A stretch of 64,000 nucleotides of DNA from an uncultured Lentisphaerales bacterium (lineage in GTDB: Bacteria; Verrucomicrobiota; Lentisphaeria; JABSQK01; UBA12247): contig CALSSJ010000011.1 in assembly GCA_943788985.1 (NCBI GenBank), forward strand, positions 32,001 through 96,000. The letters run 5' to 3'. Every line of letters begins with the position of its first letter. Within the stretch, counting starts at the first letter, position 1. The notes below the pieces were generated by a model. It searched no databases, had not been told where the DNA came from, and saw nothing but the letters and a program-made list of their open reading frames with translations. The translations under genes and the position numbers were made by a program. Of this stretch, positions 1 to 9,488 are shown piece by piece.

Positions 1-1578
1 GTAAATCTTGCCTTTGCGACCCTTGATGATGGCGCCGCCGCAGTCATTGCGCAGTTCGCATCGCTGCGCAGCTTGAACCTCAGCGAGACTTCGATCACGG
101 ACACATTTTTCGCGAATTTTTCAGAACTTGCCGACCTGGAGTTGTTGAACCTCCATGGCACCAAGGTCACACCCGGCTTGGCTGCCCAGCTGGATAAGTT
201 TCCCGGCCTCAAGAGGCTGTACGTCGGGGGAACGGGGATTGGGGCGGAGCAGGCGATCGCGCTTCGAGAGACACTCTCGGAGAACCGCGAGACGCCCGTC
301 GAAGTGATCGGGGATGATGGGCTGCCTACACTCGAATCATTGCCGGTAGCCAATGCATTTCAGGAGACAGTGCGCAGCCAAGAGGCAACCTACGGCACCT
401 TGATTAGCGCCCTTGCCAAGACCACTCTCAGTAGCAAGGACCCAAATCACCATCAGGATGAAGAGTTTAAGAAATTTACGGCCAAAGACGATCATGGCGT
501 GGATTTTGTGTTCCATTCGCTGCCGGAACGCCAGCCCTGGGTGCAGCTGACCTTTGATTCTCCGTATCTAATCAGCGCCTTCGAACTCAAGAATCGAGCG
601 ACTTTACCGGAGCGGGCTGAAGGGATCGAGTTGCAGCGGCAGCTTCCGGATGGCAGCTGGAAGGCAGTCTGGCAATCCAAGGGCCCCGAGGTGAGCTGGC
701 AGGTAGATTTGAGTAAAGACCCCGCGCCTACACGGGAAGCCACCGCCTTCCGTTTCGTCGTCAATAAGGAGGAGGAGACCTACTTGCACTTATCCCAAGT
801 TTGGCTCTGGGGGCGGAAGAGCGATCGGCAGCAGACGGCGCCGGGCCGAGCAGCGGTTGCCGTGGCCCACAACAGCTCATCCTGGAGCCCGGGGACAGTC
901 AGCGGACTGGGTTTGTGGTTGGATGGTGCCGACCTGACCTCCCTCACAGCCACGGCTGGAAACGTCTCGCAGTGGAATGACAAAAGCCCCAATCAATATC
1001 ATGCATACGCGCTCAGCCCCGCCGTGCAGCCGCAAATCGGCACCCTACACGTCAATGGTAAGCATGCCCTGGAGTTCCAGACCGCACGACTGGTTAGCAA
1101 AACTCCCAAGCGTGGAAACTGGCAGGACCTCTACATCGTGGCTGCCTGGAACGGGGCCGAGAGGTTCGGAAATTACAACGGCTTGTTTACCGGGTTTGGA
1201 GAAGGCATTGGTATCGTCGGGAATTCCCAAGACGCTGGCACCAGCTTATGGCTGCAAGGGCGCTGGTGGACGTCCTTGTATGTGAACGGCACTGCTAGCG
1301 ATGGAGCCAATGTGCTCGGGACCTTGGCCAAGCCGTTTTTGCTATCCTGCTCGGCAGATAGGGCCATTGAGGTCCCCGGCTATTCGATCGGCAACGACCG
1401 CAACCATGTGCAGCCGAGCAACAGGCGGCCGTGGGATGGCGCGATCTGCGAGATTGTCGCCTTTGCCCGGAAGCTAACCGAGAGCGAGCGCCATCAACTC
1501 GAAGGCTATCTTGCCCATAAGTGGGGGCTGACCGCAGGCCTCCCGACAGACCATCCCTTTAAGGAGAAAGCACCCTGA
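1..1578 (+). CDS. 5'-truncated multidomain protein: leucine-rich repeats + discoidin/F5-8-like domain + C-terminal LamG-like domain
   Basis: The frame is open from base 1 (VNLAFATLDDG...LRSLNLSETSIT...LELLNLHGTKVT...LKRLYVGGTGI, LRR pattern). It contains 'PWVQLTFDSPYLISAFELKNR' (discoidin-like) and 'LGLWLDGAD...VSQWNDKS...GAICEIVAFARKL...LEGYLAHKWG' (LamG-like module). Its TGA overlaps the next ATG. Confidence 0.75.
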   Translation, partial: VNLAFATLDDGAAAVIAQFASLRSLNLSETSITDTFFANFSELADLELLNLHGTKVTPGLAAQLDKFPGLKRLYVGGTGIGAEQAIALRETLSENRETPVEVIGDDGLPTLESLPVANAFQETVRSQEATYGTLISALAKTTLSSKDPNHHQDEEFKKFTAKDDHGVDFVFHSLPERQPWVQLTFDSPYLISAFELKNRATLPERAEGIELQRQLPDGSWKAVWQSKGPEVSWQVDLSKDPAPTREATAFRFVVNKEEETYLHLSQVWLWGRKSDRQQTAPGRAAVAVAHNSSSWSPGTVSGLGLWLDGADLTSLTATAGNVSQWNDKSPNQYHAYALSPAVQPQIGTLHVNGKHALEFQTARLVSKTPKRGNWQDLYIVAAWNGAERFGNYNGLFTGFGEGIGIVGNSQDAGTSLWLQGRWWTSLYVNGTASDGANVLGTLAKPFLLSCSADRAIEVPGYSIGNDRNHVQPSNRRPWDGAICEIVAFARKLTESERHQLEGYLAHKWGLTAGLPTDHPFKEKAP

Positions 1579-4460
1579 TGCCGCTGAGACGCCCTGTGCC
1601 ACGCTCGCTCTGTTTGCTCGTCCTCGCGCTTGCTTGGACCGCCCAAGCCGGCGAGAAGATCTCCTACAACGAGCAGATCCGGCCCATCTTTAACACCTCC
1701 TGTGTGGGCTGCCACGGCGGCGTCAAAAAGAATGCCGGAGTCTCCTTTATTTATCGAGAAGAGGCGCTGGGAACCTCGGCGAATGGCAACCGCATCATCG
1801 TGCCGGGGGAACCCGAGAACTCGGAACTCATCAAGCGGATCTCCTCAGACGACCCGCGTTATGTCATGCCACCTGCCCATGGCGAGCATCACAACGAACC
1901 GCTGAGCCCGGCACAAATCAAGCTGCTCAGCGACTGGATTCGCCAGGGAGCGGAATGGCAGGAGCACTGGGCCTACATCAAGCCGGAGCGGCAGGCGGTG
2001 CAATCACAGCAGCAAAACTGGATCCGCACGCCGATGGACGCCTACGTCCTTGACCAACTCGAGCAAAAGGCCCTGGCGCCGAGCGCCGAAGCGCCGCGTT
2101 CGCAGTGGCTGCGCCGCGTCAGCCTCGACCTTACTGGGCTACCGCCCACGCTTGAAGAGCGCCAGGCATTCCTAGCGGACGAGTCCGACGCGGCCTATGA
2201 AGCGGTCGTCGACCGGCTGCTGGCCTCACCACGCTACGGCGAGCGTTGGGCAGCGATGTGGATGGACCTCGCTCGCTACGCCGATACCATCGGCTACGAA
2301 AAAGACAAACGCCGGACTATCTGGCCCTACCGCAACTGGCTGATCAACGCCTTCAACGAGGACCTTCCCTTTCCAGAGTTCATCCGCGATCAACTGGCCG
2401 GTGATCTAGTAAAGGAGCCCACCACCGAGCAGTTGATCTCGACCGGCTTTCTGCGCCTGACCCAGACCAATACCGAAGGCGGCACCGACGACGAAGAGTT
2501 TCGCGTCGCCGCGGTTTTGGATCGGGTGAACACCACCTGGTCCAGCTTCCAGGGCATCACCTTTGGCTGTGTTCAGTGCCATTCACATCCCTATGAGCCG
2601 ATCCCCCACGAAGATTTCTACCGGTTCATGAGCTTCTTTAACAGCACCGAAGACTGCGACCAGGATAACGACTTTCCGCTTCATGTCGTCGCCCATAAGC
2701 CCGAAGAGCGCCAGCAGGCCACCGCTGCCCAGCTCGACCTTATCCGACTGCGTCGCCTGCTAAACCAGCCCGGTAGCCTGGAACTAGAAAAGCCCGAGCC
2801 TTGGCTGCAGCCAACCTATTCAGCCCTCAAAATCAGCCGCGGAAAACTCAAACAAAAGGCCGGCGTGTTGTACACCGAGGGGACTCAGTCCGTACACACT
2901 ACCTACTACGTAACCCTTGAAAGTCCGGAAGCTGGCACGACCGTCACCTCGCTCAAGGTCACGATCCTCCCTGATACCGATAACCCGGCGGATGGCCCCT
3001 TTCGCGGTGCCCATCTCTCCCAGCTCACGCTGAAAAAGGTAACAGCGGCGGGCAAGTCCTCGGACGTGCCGTTTTCCTATGTCTACGCCGACAGCGTGGC
3101 TGGACCGCTGGGCCAGGATCCCGCTGCCGCGCTTAAGCCGAGTGCTCAGGGCGTAGGCGGCTACCCCAAGTTATTCCGGCAGCGCGACGCAGTGTTTGTG
3201 CTCAAGCAGCCGCTGGAGCTGCAGCCTGGTGACACCCTTGCTGCGACCCTATTCTGCAAGGCCGGAACCACAGGTGGCCAAAACACCGCGCTGCGCAGAT
3301 TTCAGCTGCAGCTCGGCTCATCCCCCGCCTGGCAGCAGTTGGCCGCCAGCGATAGCCAGGCTCAGCTCGTAAAGCAGCTCCGGGAAACGCAAAAGCTTGT
3401 CGCTGGTTTCAAGGGCGAAAAAGTGCCCGTTGCGCTCGAACGCTCCAGCGCCAGCGTCCGCGAAAGCCGTGTGTTTATCGGCGGCAATCGTCTAAACAGA
3501 GGCGAGGCCCAGAAACCTGGCGTGCCCAAAATTCTGAACCCGTATGGCGCTGAGGCGGGCAATCGTCTGGAGATGGCCGAGTGGCTGGCGCATCCCGACA
3601 ACAGCCTGACCGCGCGGGTCTTCGTCAACCGCGTGTTCTCCGAGCTCTTTGGTAACGGCATCGTGCAAACCCTCGGTGACTTTGGCAGCAGCGGCCTGCC
3701 GCCGACCAATCTCGCCTTGCTTGACCACCTGGCAATCGCCTTTCGCGAGGACGGCCAGTGGCAGCTCAAGTCACTGCTCAAGGAAATGGTCTTGTCGGCC
3801 ACCTATCGGCAGGATCACAGGAGCACCGTTGAACTCACAGCCCGGGACCCCCAAAACCTGCTGCTGGCTCGTGGCCCGCGTACGCGCTTGAGCGCCGAAA
3901 TGATCCGAGACCATGCCCTCTCGGCATCCGGGCTGATCGCGCATCGGTTGGGCGGCCCCTCCGTGATGCCGCCTCAGCCGGAAGGTGTTTGGACCACGGT
4001 TTACAGCGGCGAAAAGTGGACCGACGCCAAAGGCCCCGATCGCTACCGGCGGGCGCTGTACACCTTTTGGAAACGCACCGCCCCCTACCCAAGCATGATG
4101 ACCTTCGACGCGGCCTCTCGCGAAGTCTGCAACATCCAGCGCATCTCTACCAATACCCCACTCCAACCGCTGGTGACGCTGAATGATCCGGCCTACCTGG
4201 AGTTTGCCCAAAAGCTAGCCAAAAGAATCCAAAACCATCCAGATGCCGGAGCGCGGGCCAAGATAGCCCAGGGCTATCTGCTCACCACCCAGCAAGAAAT
4301 CCCCACTCCGAGCCTCGACGTACTCGAAAAATTGCATGGCGAACTAGTCGAAGACTATCAGAGCGTCCCCTACGATACGCTTGCTAAAAGTGCCGAAGAA
4401 GCCGCTTGGGTCAATATCGCCGGCGTCCTCTTGAATATTGACTCCGCCCTGACCAAGTAA
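1578..4460 (+). CDS. Planctomycete cytochrome c + DUF1549 + DUF1553 (PSD1) domain protein
   Basis: Signal peptide; 'IRPIFNTSCVGCHG'; 'LRRVSLDLTGLPPT', 'YGERWAAMWMDLARYADT', 'GCVQCHSHPYEP', 'TARVFVNRV', 'RLSAEMIRD', 'TNTPLQPL'. Confidence 0.92.
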   Translation: MPLRRPVPRSLCLLVLALAWTAQAGEKISYNEQIRPIFNTSCVGCHGGVKKNAGVSFIYREEALGTSANGNRIIVPGEPENSELIKRISSDDPRYVMPPAHGEHHNEPLSPAQIKLLSDWIRQGAEWQEHWAYIKPERQAVQSQQQNWIRTPMDAYVLDQLEQKALAPSAEAPRSQWLRRVSLDLTGLPPTLEERQAFLADESDAAYEAVVDRLLASPRYGERWAAMWMDLARYADTIGYEKDKRRTIWPYRNWLINAFNEDLPFPEFIRDQLAGDLVKEPTTEQLISTGFLRLTQTNTEGGTDDEEFRVAAVLDRVNTTWSSFQGITFGCVQCHSHPYEPIPHEDFYRFMSFFNSTEDCDQDNDFPLHVVAHKPEERQQATAAQLDLIRLRRLLNQPGSLELEKPEPWLQPTYSALKISRGKLKQKAGVLYTEGTQSVHTTYYVTLESPEAGTTVTSLKVTILPDTDNPADGPFRGAHLSQLTLKKVTAAGKSSDVPFSYVYADSVAGPLGQDPAAALKPSAQGVGGYPKLFRQRDAVFVLKQPLELQPGDTLAATLFCKAGTTGGQNTALRRFQLQLGSSPAWQQLAASDSQAQLVKQLRETQKLVAGFKGEKVPVALERSSASVRESRVFIGGNRLNRGEAQKPGVPKILNPYGAEAGNRLEMAEWLAHPDNSLTARVFVNRVFSELFGNGIVQTLGDFGSSGLPPTNLALLDHLAIAFREDGQWQLKSLLKEMVLSATYRQDHRSTVELTARDPQNLLLARGPRTRLSAEMIRDHALSASGLIAHRLGGPSVMPPQPEGVWTTVYSGEKWTDAKGPDRYRRALYTFWKRTAPYPSMMTFDAASREVCNIQRISTNTPLQPLVTLNDPAYLEFAQKLAKRIQNHPDAGARAKIAQGYLLTTQQEIPTPSLDVLEKLHGELVEDYQSVPYDTLAKSAEEAAWVNIAGVLLNIDSALTK

Positions 4461-4483
4461 GCCACGATCAACCAGGTGCCACG

Positions 4484-5935
4484 ATGAATGTATACGACCA
4501 ACTCCGTCACGATTCCGGCCTGCTCAACAGCCGTCGCCAATTTCTGAAATCTTGCGTCGCTGGCGTCGGTGGCGCCTGGCTTTCCAGTCTCGGCTTGCCA
4601 GCACTAGCCGAGGACCCGCTTGAGCGAGGCATCCCCCACTTTGCCCCCAAAGCCAAGCGCGTCATTTTTCTGCACATGGCTGGCGCTCCCAGCCAGCTCG
4701 AGTTGTTCGACTACAAGCCCGAACTCAACCGGCTCAATGGCCAGGACTGCCCGCGCGAATTCCTGGAAGGCCAGAACTTCGCCTTCATTCAAGGAGTCCC
4801 CCAAATGCTGGGCTCGCAGTACGACTTTCATCAGGCCGGGGACAACCGGCAGTGGATCAGCGACCGCTTGCCCTTCACCGAACGCGTCATCGACCAGCTG
4901 TGCATCATCCGCTCCATGCATACCGACCAGTTCAACCATGCGCCTGCCCAGTTGCTGATGCACACCGGCCAGACCATTCAGGGTAACCCATCCATTGGTG
5001 CCTGGAGCACCTACGGCCTCGGCAGCGAAAGCCAGAACCTGCCCGGCTACATCGTCCTGGCCTCAGGCGGCAAAACCCCCTCTGCCGGAAAATCCGTGTG
5101 GGGCAGCGGCTTTCTGCCCTCCGTCTACCAAGGCGTCCAGTGTCGCTCCAAGGGCGACCCGGTCATGTACCTCTCCAGTCCCGACGGCATGCCACGCGAG
5201 ATTCGTCGCAAGGCCATCGATGCCATTACCGAGATCAACCAGCAGACCCACGAAGACCTGCACGATGCCGAGACGCTCGCCCGTATTTCCCAGTACGAGA
5301 TGGCCTTTCGGATGCAGATTCACGCCAGCGCTGCCTTCGACATCCAGCAAGAGCCCGAGTACATCCACAAGCTCTACGGCACACAGCCAGGCAAAGAGTC
5401 CTTTGCTAACAACTGCCTGTTGGCACGGCGGTTGGCCGAGCGCGGCACTCGCTACATCCAGCTCTTCGACTGGGGCTGGGACTCGCATGGCGCCGGCAAA
5501 GCCGAAGCCCTCAATCATGGCTTCACCGACAAATGTCGGCAGATGGACCAGGCGACCTTCGCCCTCCTCACCGATCTCAAGCAACGCGGGCTCCTCGAAG
5601 ACACCCTTGTGATCTGGGGCGGTGAATTTGGGCGCACGCCGATGCGCGAGAACCGAGGCGGTGGCGAGATGAAATTCATCGGCCGCGATCACAATCCTGG
5701 CGCCTTCACCATGTGGATGGCCGGTGCCGGCATCAAGCCGGGCGCCCACGGCGAAACCGACCCGATGGGCTACCGGGCAGTCAAAGACAAAGTCAGCGTC
5801 CACGACCTGCAGGCCACCATTCTCAACCGCCTCGGCCTGCACCACAAAAAGCTCAGCTACCCATTCCAGGGTCTTAACCAGACCCTGACTCCGGTCAGTA
5901 AACCCGCCCGTGTCCTGCACCAGCTCTTTGCCTGA
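4484..5935 (+). CDS. DUF1501 domain protein (Tat-like signal)
   Basis: 'SRRQFLK'; 'KAKRVIFLHMAGAPSQLELFDYKP'; 'GWDSH'; 'GEFGRTP'; 'GRDH'. This is the usual partner downstream of DUF1553 genes. Confidence 0.93.
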   Translation: MNVYDQLRHDSGLLNSRRQFLKSCVAGVGGAWLSSLGLPALAEDPLERGIPHFAPKAKRVIFLHMAGAPSQLELFDYKPELNRLNGQDCPREFLEGQNFAFIQGVPQMLGSQYDFHQAGDNRQWISDRLPFTERVIDQLCIIRSMHTDQFNHAPAQLLMHTGQTIQGNPSIGAWSTYGLGSESQNLPGYIVLASGGKTPSAGKSVWGSGFLPSVYQGVQCRSKGDPVMYLSSPDGMPREIRRKAIDAITEINQQTHEDLHDAETLARISQYEMAFRMQIHASAAFDIQQEPEYIHKLYGTQPGKESFANNCLLARRLAERGTRYIQLFDWGWDSHGAGKAEALNHGFTDKCRQMDQATFALLTDLKQRGLLEDTLVIWGGEFGRTPMRENRGGGEMKFIGRDHNPGAFTMWMAGAGIKPGAHGETDPMGYRAVKDKVSVHDLQATILNRLGLHHKKLSYPFQGLNQTLTPVSKPARVLHQLFA

Positions 5936-5969
5936 CACCAACTGGGGCGTTGACATGTCAGCCTTCTTC

Positions 5970-6002
5970 GTCGCTCTTCCAGGGCGTAGTCGTTGGGGGA
6001 TC
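5970..6002 (+). repeat. Dispersed REP-like intergenic repeat, copy 1
   Basis: 26/33 nt identical (manual alignment) to 22850-22882; the core CTTCCAGGGC also occurs at 15220-15229. Confidence 0.5.
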
Positions 6003-6161
6003 TGGACCGCGCTCCGGGGGCGAAGGCGTTGCCATATCGATCCAGGCCCTGACAGAAGCCAAAGGACCGTTCCGCGCGAAGCGCCGGGCTCTCTGCAGAA
6101 TCGCACGTCTTTGCCTAAACCCACCACTTCGCTTCTCAAACGGGTGCGTCAAGGGATCCGG

Positions 6162-6341
6162 ATGAAGGACGATACGCTGCGACCAATCACGCCCGACGAT
6201 ATGTTTCGCGAACGTATCGTGCGCTCCAGAAGGATGACCGCGAATGAGCGGGGCGCTGCCAGCCTGGATATGTACGATCTAACCTGTGCGATTGTGTTGG
6301 ACGGTGTCTTCGCCCAGATAAAGGGTGCCTCCGAGCCCTGA
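6162..6341 (+). CDS. Small hypothetical protein, possibly truncated; resembles the short partners found upstream of nucleotidyltransferase genes
   Basis: 59-aa ORF 'MKDDTLRP...RRMTANERGAASLDMYDLTCAIVLDGVFAQI', running directly into the DUF6036-like fragment. Confidence 0.45.
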   Translation: MKDDTLRPITPDDMFRERIVRSRRMTANERGAASLDMYDLTCAIVLDGVFAQIKGASEP

Positions 6342-6520
6342 GGCGGCCACGCTTGCCGACGGCTGGAAAGACCGGTTGGTTCCCCTGACCAATGCCAATA
6401 CTCGCGGTGTTACCGGATGGTGCCTGTCACCTATTGATCTACTGCTCAGCAAACTCGCTGCTGGCAGGGCCAAGGCCTTCCGTTTCATTCGCGCTGTTCT
6501 GCACCACCGTTTGTTCGGAG
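6337..6520 (+). pseudogene. C-terminal fragment of a DUF6036-like nucleotidyltransferase
   Basis: 'PEAATLADGWKDRLVPLTNANTRGVTGWCLSPIDLLLSKLAAGRAK' matches my recollection of the DUF6036 C-terminal half. The N-terminal half and a credible start are missing. Confidence 0.55.
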
Positions 6521-6725
6521 AGCTGCGAGGATTACTGACCAACCGGTTCAAGGCTGCATCATTCACTTGTTCTTCGACGGCAATCGCCTACGCCGATTGT
6601 GGCAAGCGCGAAAGCACGCCTTTCCCAGCTAAGGAGCGCTGCCCCACGTTGCAAGCGAGCTCATCTTGTGTAGGCTACCCCATGTATCCCCCTTTCCCTG
6701 CGATCCAGCCCCTCGGAGGCACGAC

Positions 6726-7469
6726 ATGACTGTTCTTAAATCCGTGCTTGGCATCATCCTGCTAATCATTATCGCCGCTTTGGTATGGAATTTTTTCCCG
6801 GGGCTGCGCCACGAAGGTAAGCAAGCCTACCGCAAATACGGAGGCTGGACAGATGAAGCACGTTCTTCAGACCCAGTAGGTTTTCTGGAATATGCTGCCG
6901 AGAAGTTGGACCAAGATCTTGATACGATGCAAGGCACTCGGCGAAGCCTGCAGACCGCATGCGACGACCTAGCCGCGCGCCGCACCGAGACCGAGCCGCT
7001 ACTGGAAGCTGCCGACGCACTGGCCGTCCAGTTTCGTGATGCGTTTCAGCGAGCAGAACGGGACGGTTTTCCGGTGGGCGTATCCGGTCAATCCTACAAG
7101 CGGGCAGAACTGATCCAGCAAGTGCAGCTTATCCTCCTGCAACAGGAGGGCTACCAGCAGACGCTTGAGCAGTTCACCGAGGCCACTGCTGCGGCGGAAG
7201 CAAAAGCCCTCGAGTTGGCCAGCCAAATTGCCAAGAGTAAGGCGGTCCTGGCGACGTTGCCTGCCAAGATCGAAATTGCCCGTGTCCAAGAACTGACGGC
7301 TAGCACCACAGAATTGCTGGATCAGATCCACGACGTTCTCGGGAGCAACCAGAGCGCCTTGGGCGATACCCCGATTCGCACCGTCGAAGAGCTGATGCAG
7401 ACGCCTGCGGTTTCCGATCCAGATGGCGACAAGCGTCAAGCGCTGGAGTTTCTGGAAGTCGCACCGTGA
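6726..7469 (+). CDS. Membrane-anchored coiled-coil protein (possibly PspA/IM30-like)
   Basis: GGAGG RBS before ATG at 6726; one N-terminal hydrophobic helix, then long heptad-like helical sequence. Confidence 0.75.
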   Translation: MTVLKSVLGIILLIIIAALVWNFFPGLRHEGKQAYRKYGGWTDEARSSDPVGFLEYAAEKLDQDLDTMQGTRRSLQTACDDLAARRTETEPLLEAADALAVQFRDAFQRAERDGFPVGVSGQSYKRAELIQQVQLILLQQEGYQQTLEQFTEATAAAEAKALELASQIAKSKAVLATLPAKIEIARVQELTASTTELLDQIHDVLGSNQSALGDTPIRTVEELMQTPAVSDPDGDKRQALEFLEVAP

Positions 7470-8284
7470 GCCTCGGCAGCGCGATTCTGCTCGGACTTGG
7501 CGGGTTTCTCTTACTCTACGCCATTTTCAGTTTTATCCGTCCCGGAGACGAGACAGGCACAGGCAAGGCACGGCCTTTGGGATGTGGCTTCACGGTCCTC
7601 GCCGGTGTAATCTGGGGCATCGCCCTGGCGGGGTATCTAGGGTGGAGTAGCGGTCTGCGGCTAGGCATTGCTCTGGCCTGCCTGCTGCCAGTTCTGGTCA
7701 CCCTCTTCCACCCGAAACGTCGCAGCTTGGTGACGGCTCTGGTGCTGCTCTCAATAGCACTCGTTTTAGGCGTTCCCGTGTTGCCCCAACTGGGCGCGCT
7801 CTTCGGCCCGTCAGGCGGGACTGCCGGGACTCTGCGCGATCTGGAGCGGAAGTTGGCCGAGCTGGAGCGTCGCCTGGACGCCGGGACGGAGCTACGACGG
7901 TCACTTGCTGACCAATCCCGCGCCTTGCACGAGGACATTCGTGCCCTCGGGCATGCCGACTACGAGACGCTTGTCGCACACCCCGAAGCGCACGCCCTGC
8001 TCAAGGAGTTGGCCGAAGTTGAGAGTCTTGTAGCAGCGAATGACAAGAATGAGCTGCGCCTGACGCAAGAGAGTGACGCTTTGGCAGCGGCCTTGCGACG
8101 CCTGGGCCGTCTGGCCGAAAGCGAGGCTGCCACTGGCGAAACCTTGGCGCCTGCCGACGTCGAGGCGATCCTAGAGGGGGCGCGCAGCAGCGCGCCGGAG
8201 GCAGGGCCACGTACCGTGGAAGAACATATGGAGGCAGCCAACATGCGCGAACTCTTCGAGCGGGAATTCGGCGATAAGCGCTAG
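7466..8284 (+). CDS. Multi-TM membrane protein with C-terminal coiled coil
   Basis: GTGA start/stop overlap with the upstream gene; about 4 hydrophobic segments, then 'LRDLERKLAELERRL'. Confidence 0.75.
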   Translation: MSLGSAILLGLGGFLLLYAIFSFIRPGDETGTGKARPLGCGFTVLAGVIWGIALAGYLGWSSGLRLGIALACLLPVLVTLFHPKRRSLVTALVLLSIALVLGVPVLPQLGALFGPSGGTAGTLRDLERKLAELERRLDAGTELRRSLADQSRALHEDIRALGHADYETLVAHPEAHALLKELAEVESLVAANDKNELRLTQESDALAAALRRLGRLAESEAATGETLAPADVEAILEGARSSAPEAGPRTVEEHMEAANMRELFEREFGDKR

Positions 8285-8317
8285 TCTGGGCGGTGATCCG
8301 GGGGGGGGGCGTGGCCG

Positions 8318-9277
8318 CTACTTCTGCTCGCTCAGCGGCTCATCCGCACAGGCGAGATCACCAACCGCGTATTGGATGCCACCAAGAATAAACGCGAGTA
8401 AAGCAGGCTGGTCAAAGCTTTGGGCATTATGCGAGGGCGAACAGAAGAAGACCCGGCCCTTTTCGTGTCGCTTGATCCAGGCCACATAGCGCGGCAAATC
8501 TGGCAGCTTGGCCACTCGCTTGTTGGGCTTTAGCTTGCCTAGGTCCATCTCAAGCAGAGGGTGGAAATTCAGCTTCGGATAGGCTCGGTTGAACAGGTAT
8601 GGCTCGTCGTGATGGGTAAACGGCTTGCCGTCGAAGGGCTTCAGCAGCGGATGCTCTGGGTTCACTGGCTGCAACACGACGTCCTGCTGAGGTGGGTGAA
8701 AATGAAAGCTGCCACCAACGATGCCGCTGAATTCATCCGAGTGGTTGAAGCTGGTAATGCCGCCATGCAACAGCACGAGCCCGCCACCCCCAGAGACATA
8801 GTCGACCAGGCTGCGATAGAGCAACGTCGCCAGTGCTTCTCGCTCAGGCAGCGGCAGTTCCTTGTACGCAGCCCCGAATTCATCGACTTTGTTGATCAGT
8901 ACATCACGGAATGTATCGCGGTCTTTTCCATGGGGACAGGTGTTGTTCATGATCACCGCGTCGTACTGGGCCAGAGTTTCTGGGCGAAACTGCTCGATGT
9001 CCGTGGTGGCCACTGTCTCGAATGCGCCTGACGTTTCGCCGATGACCCGCACTACCGCTTCTGTGTGGGGGATACACCAGTGCTTATACCCAGTTGCCAG
9101 CGAGAAAGCCAGCACCTTGCGCGCTTTGGCAGGCGTCGCCGGGGCTTTTTGGGGCGCACGCTTGCGAAGCCTCTGTTCCCACGCGGAGCTTGGCTCGAAG
9201 GCTGGTTGCCCAGCGAAGACTGGAAGTGCTAAGGCCAGCAGCAGGGCTGGCAGTGTGAGAGGAAGAGTGACCTTCAT
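8318..9277 (-). CDS. ThuA-like (class I glutamine amidotransferase-like fold) secreted protein
   Basis: Signal peptide from MKVTLPL; 'KVLAFSLATGYKH', 'GGGLVLLHG', 'GGSFHFHP', 'DEPY', 'KGRVFFCSPSH'. Confidence 0.85.
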   Translation of the reverse strand: MKVTLPLTLPALLLALALPVFAGQPAFEPSSAWEQRLRKRAPQKAPATPAKARKVLAFSLATGYKHWCIPHTEAVVRVIGETSGAFETVATTDIEQFRPETLAQYDAVIMNNTCPHGKDRDTFRDVLINKVDEFGAAYKELPLPEREALATLLYRSLVDYVSGGGGLVLLHGGITSFNHSDEFSGIVGGSFHFHPPQQDVVLQPVNPEHPLLKPFDGKPFTHHDEPYLFNRAYPKLNFHPLLEMDLGKLKPNKRVAKLPDLPRYVAWIKRHEKGRVFFCSPSHNAQSFDQPALLAFILGGIQYAVGDLACADEPLSEQK

Positions 9278-9488
9278 GAGAATAGGATCTTGTCGTTCAG
9301 GGGGGCTTCGAAGTTTACTACATATTGCGCTTGGAAGCAAGTTAGATAATCTTTCGCATTTGTCCAAAGTGATGCCGATACCGGCGCGAAATGATGGCCC
9401 CATCCCTGTTGTGGCAGCTGCCTCGTGGACTACTGTGCTTTGTGCTTCCACACACTGCTGCACGCACCGGAATTGGAAAAATCATAGA

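Noticed and set aside
8300..8309. G10 tract as a phase-variation switch
   Set aside because: It lies between two convergent stop codons, outside any CDS or promoter.
8862..9488. 209-aa N-terminal extension of the 2101-aa ORF
   Set aside because: It lies largely antisense to the ThuA gene, and a signal peptide starts after ATG 9489.
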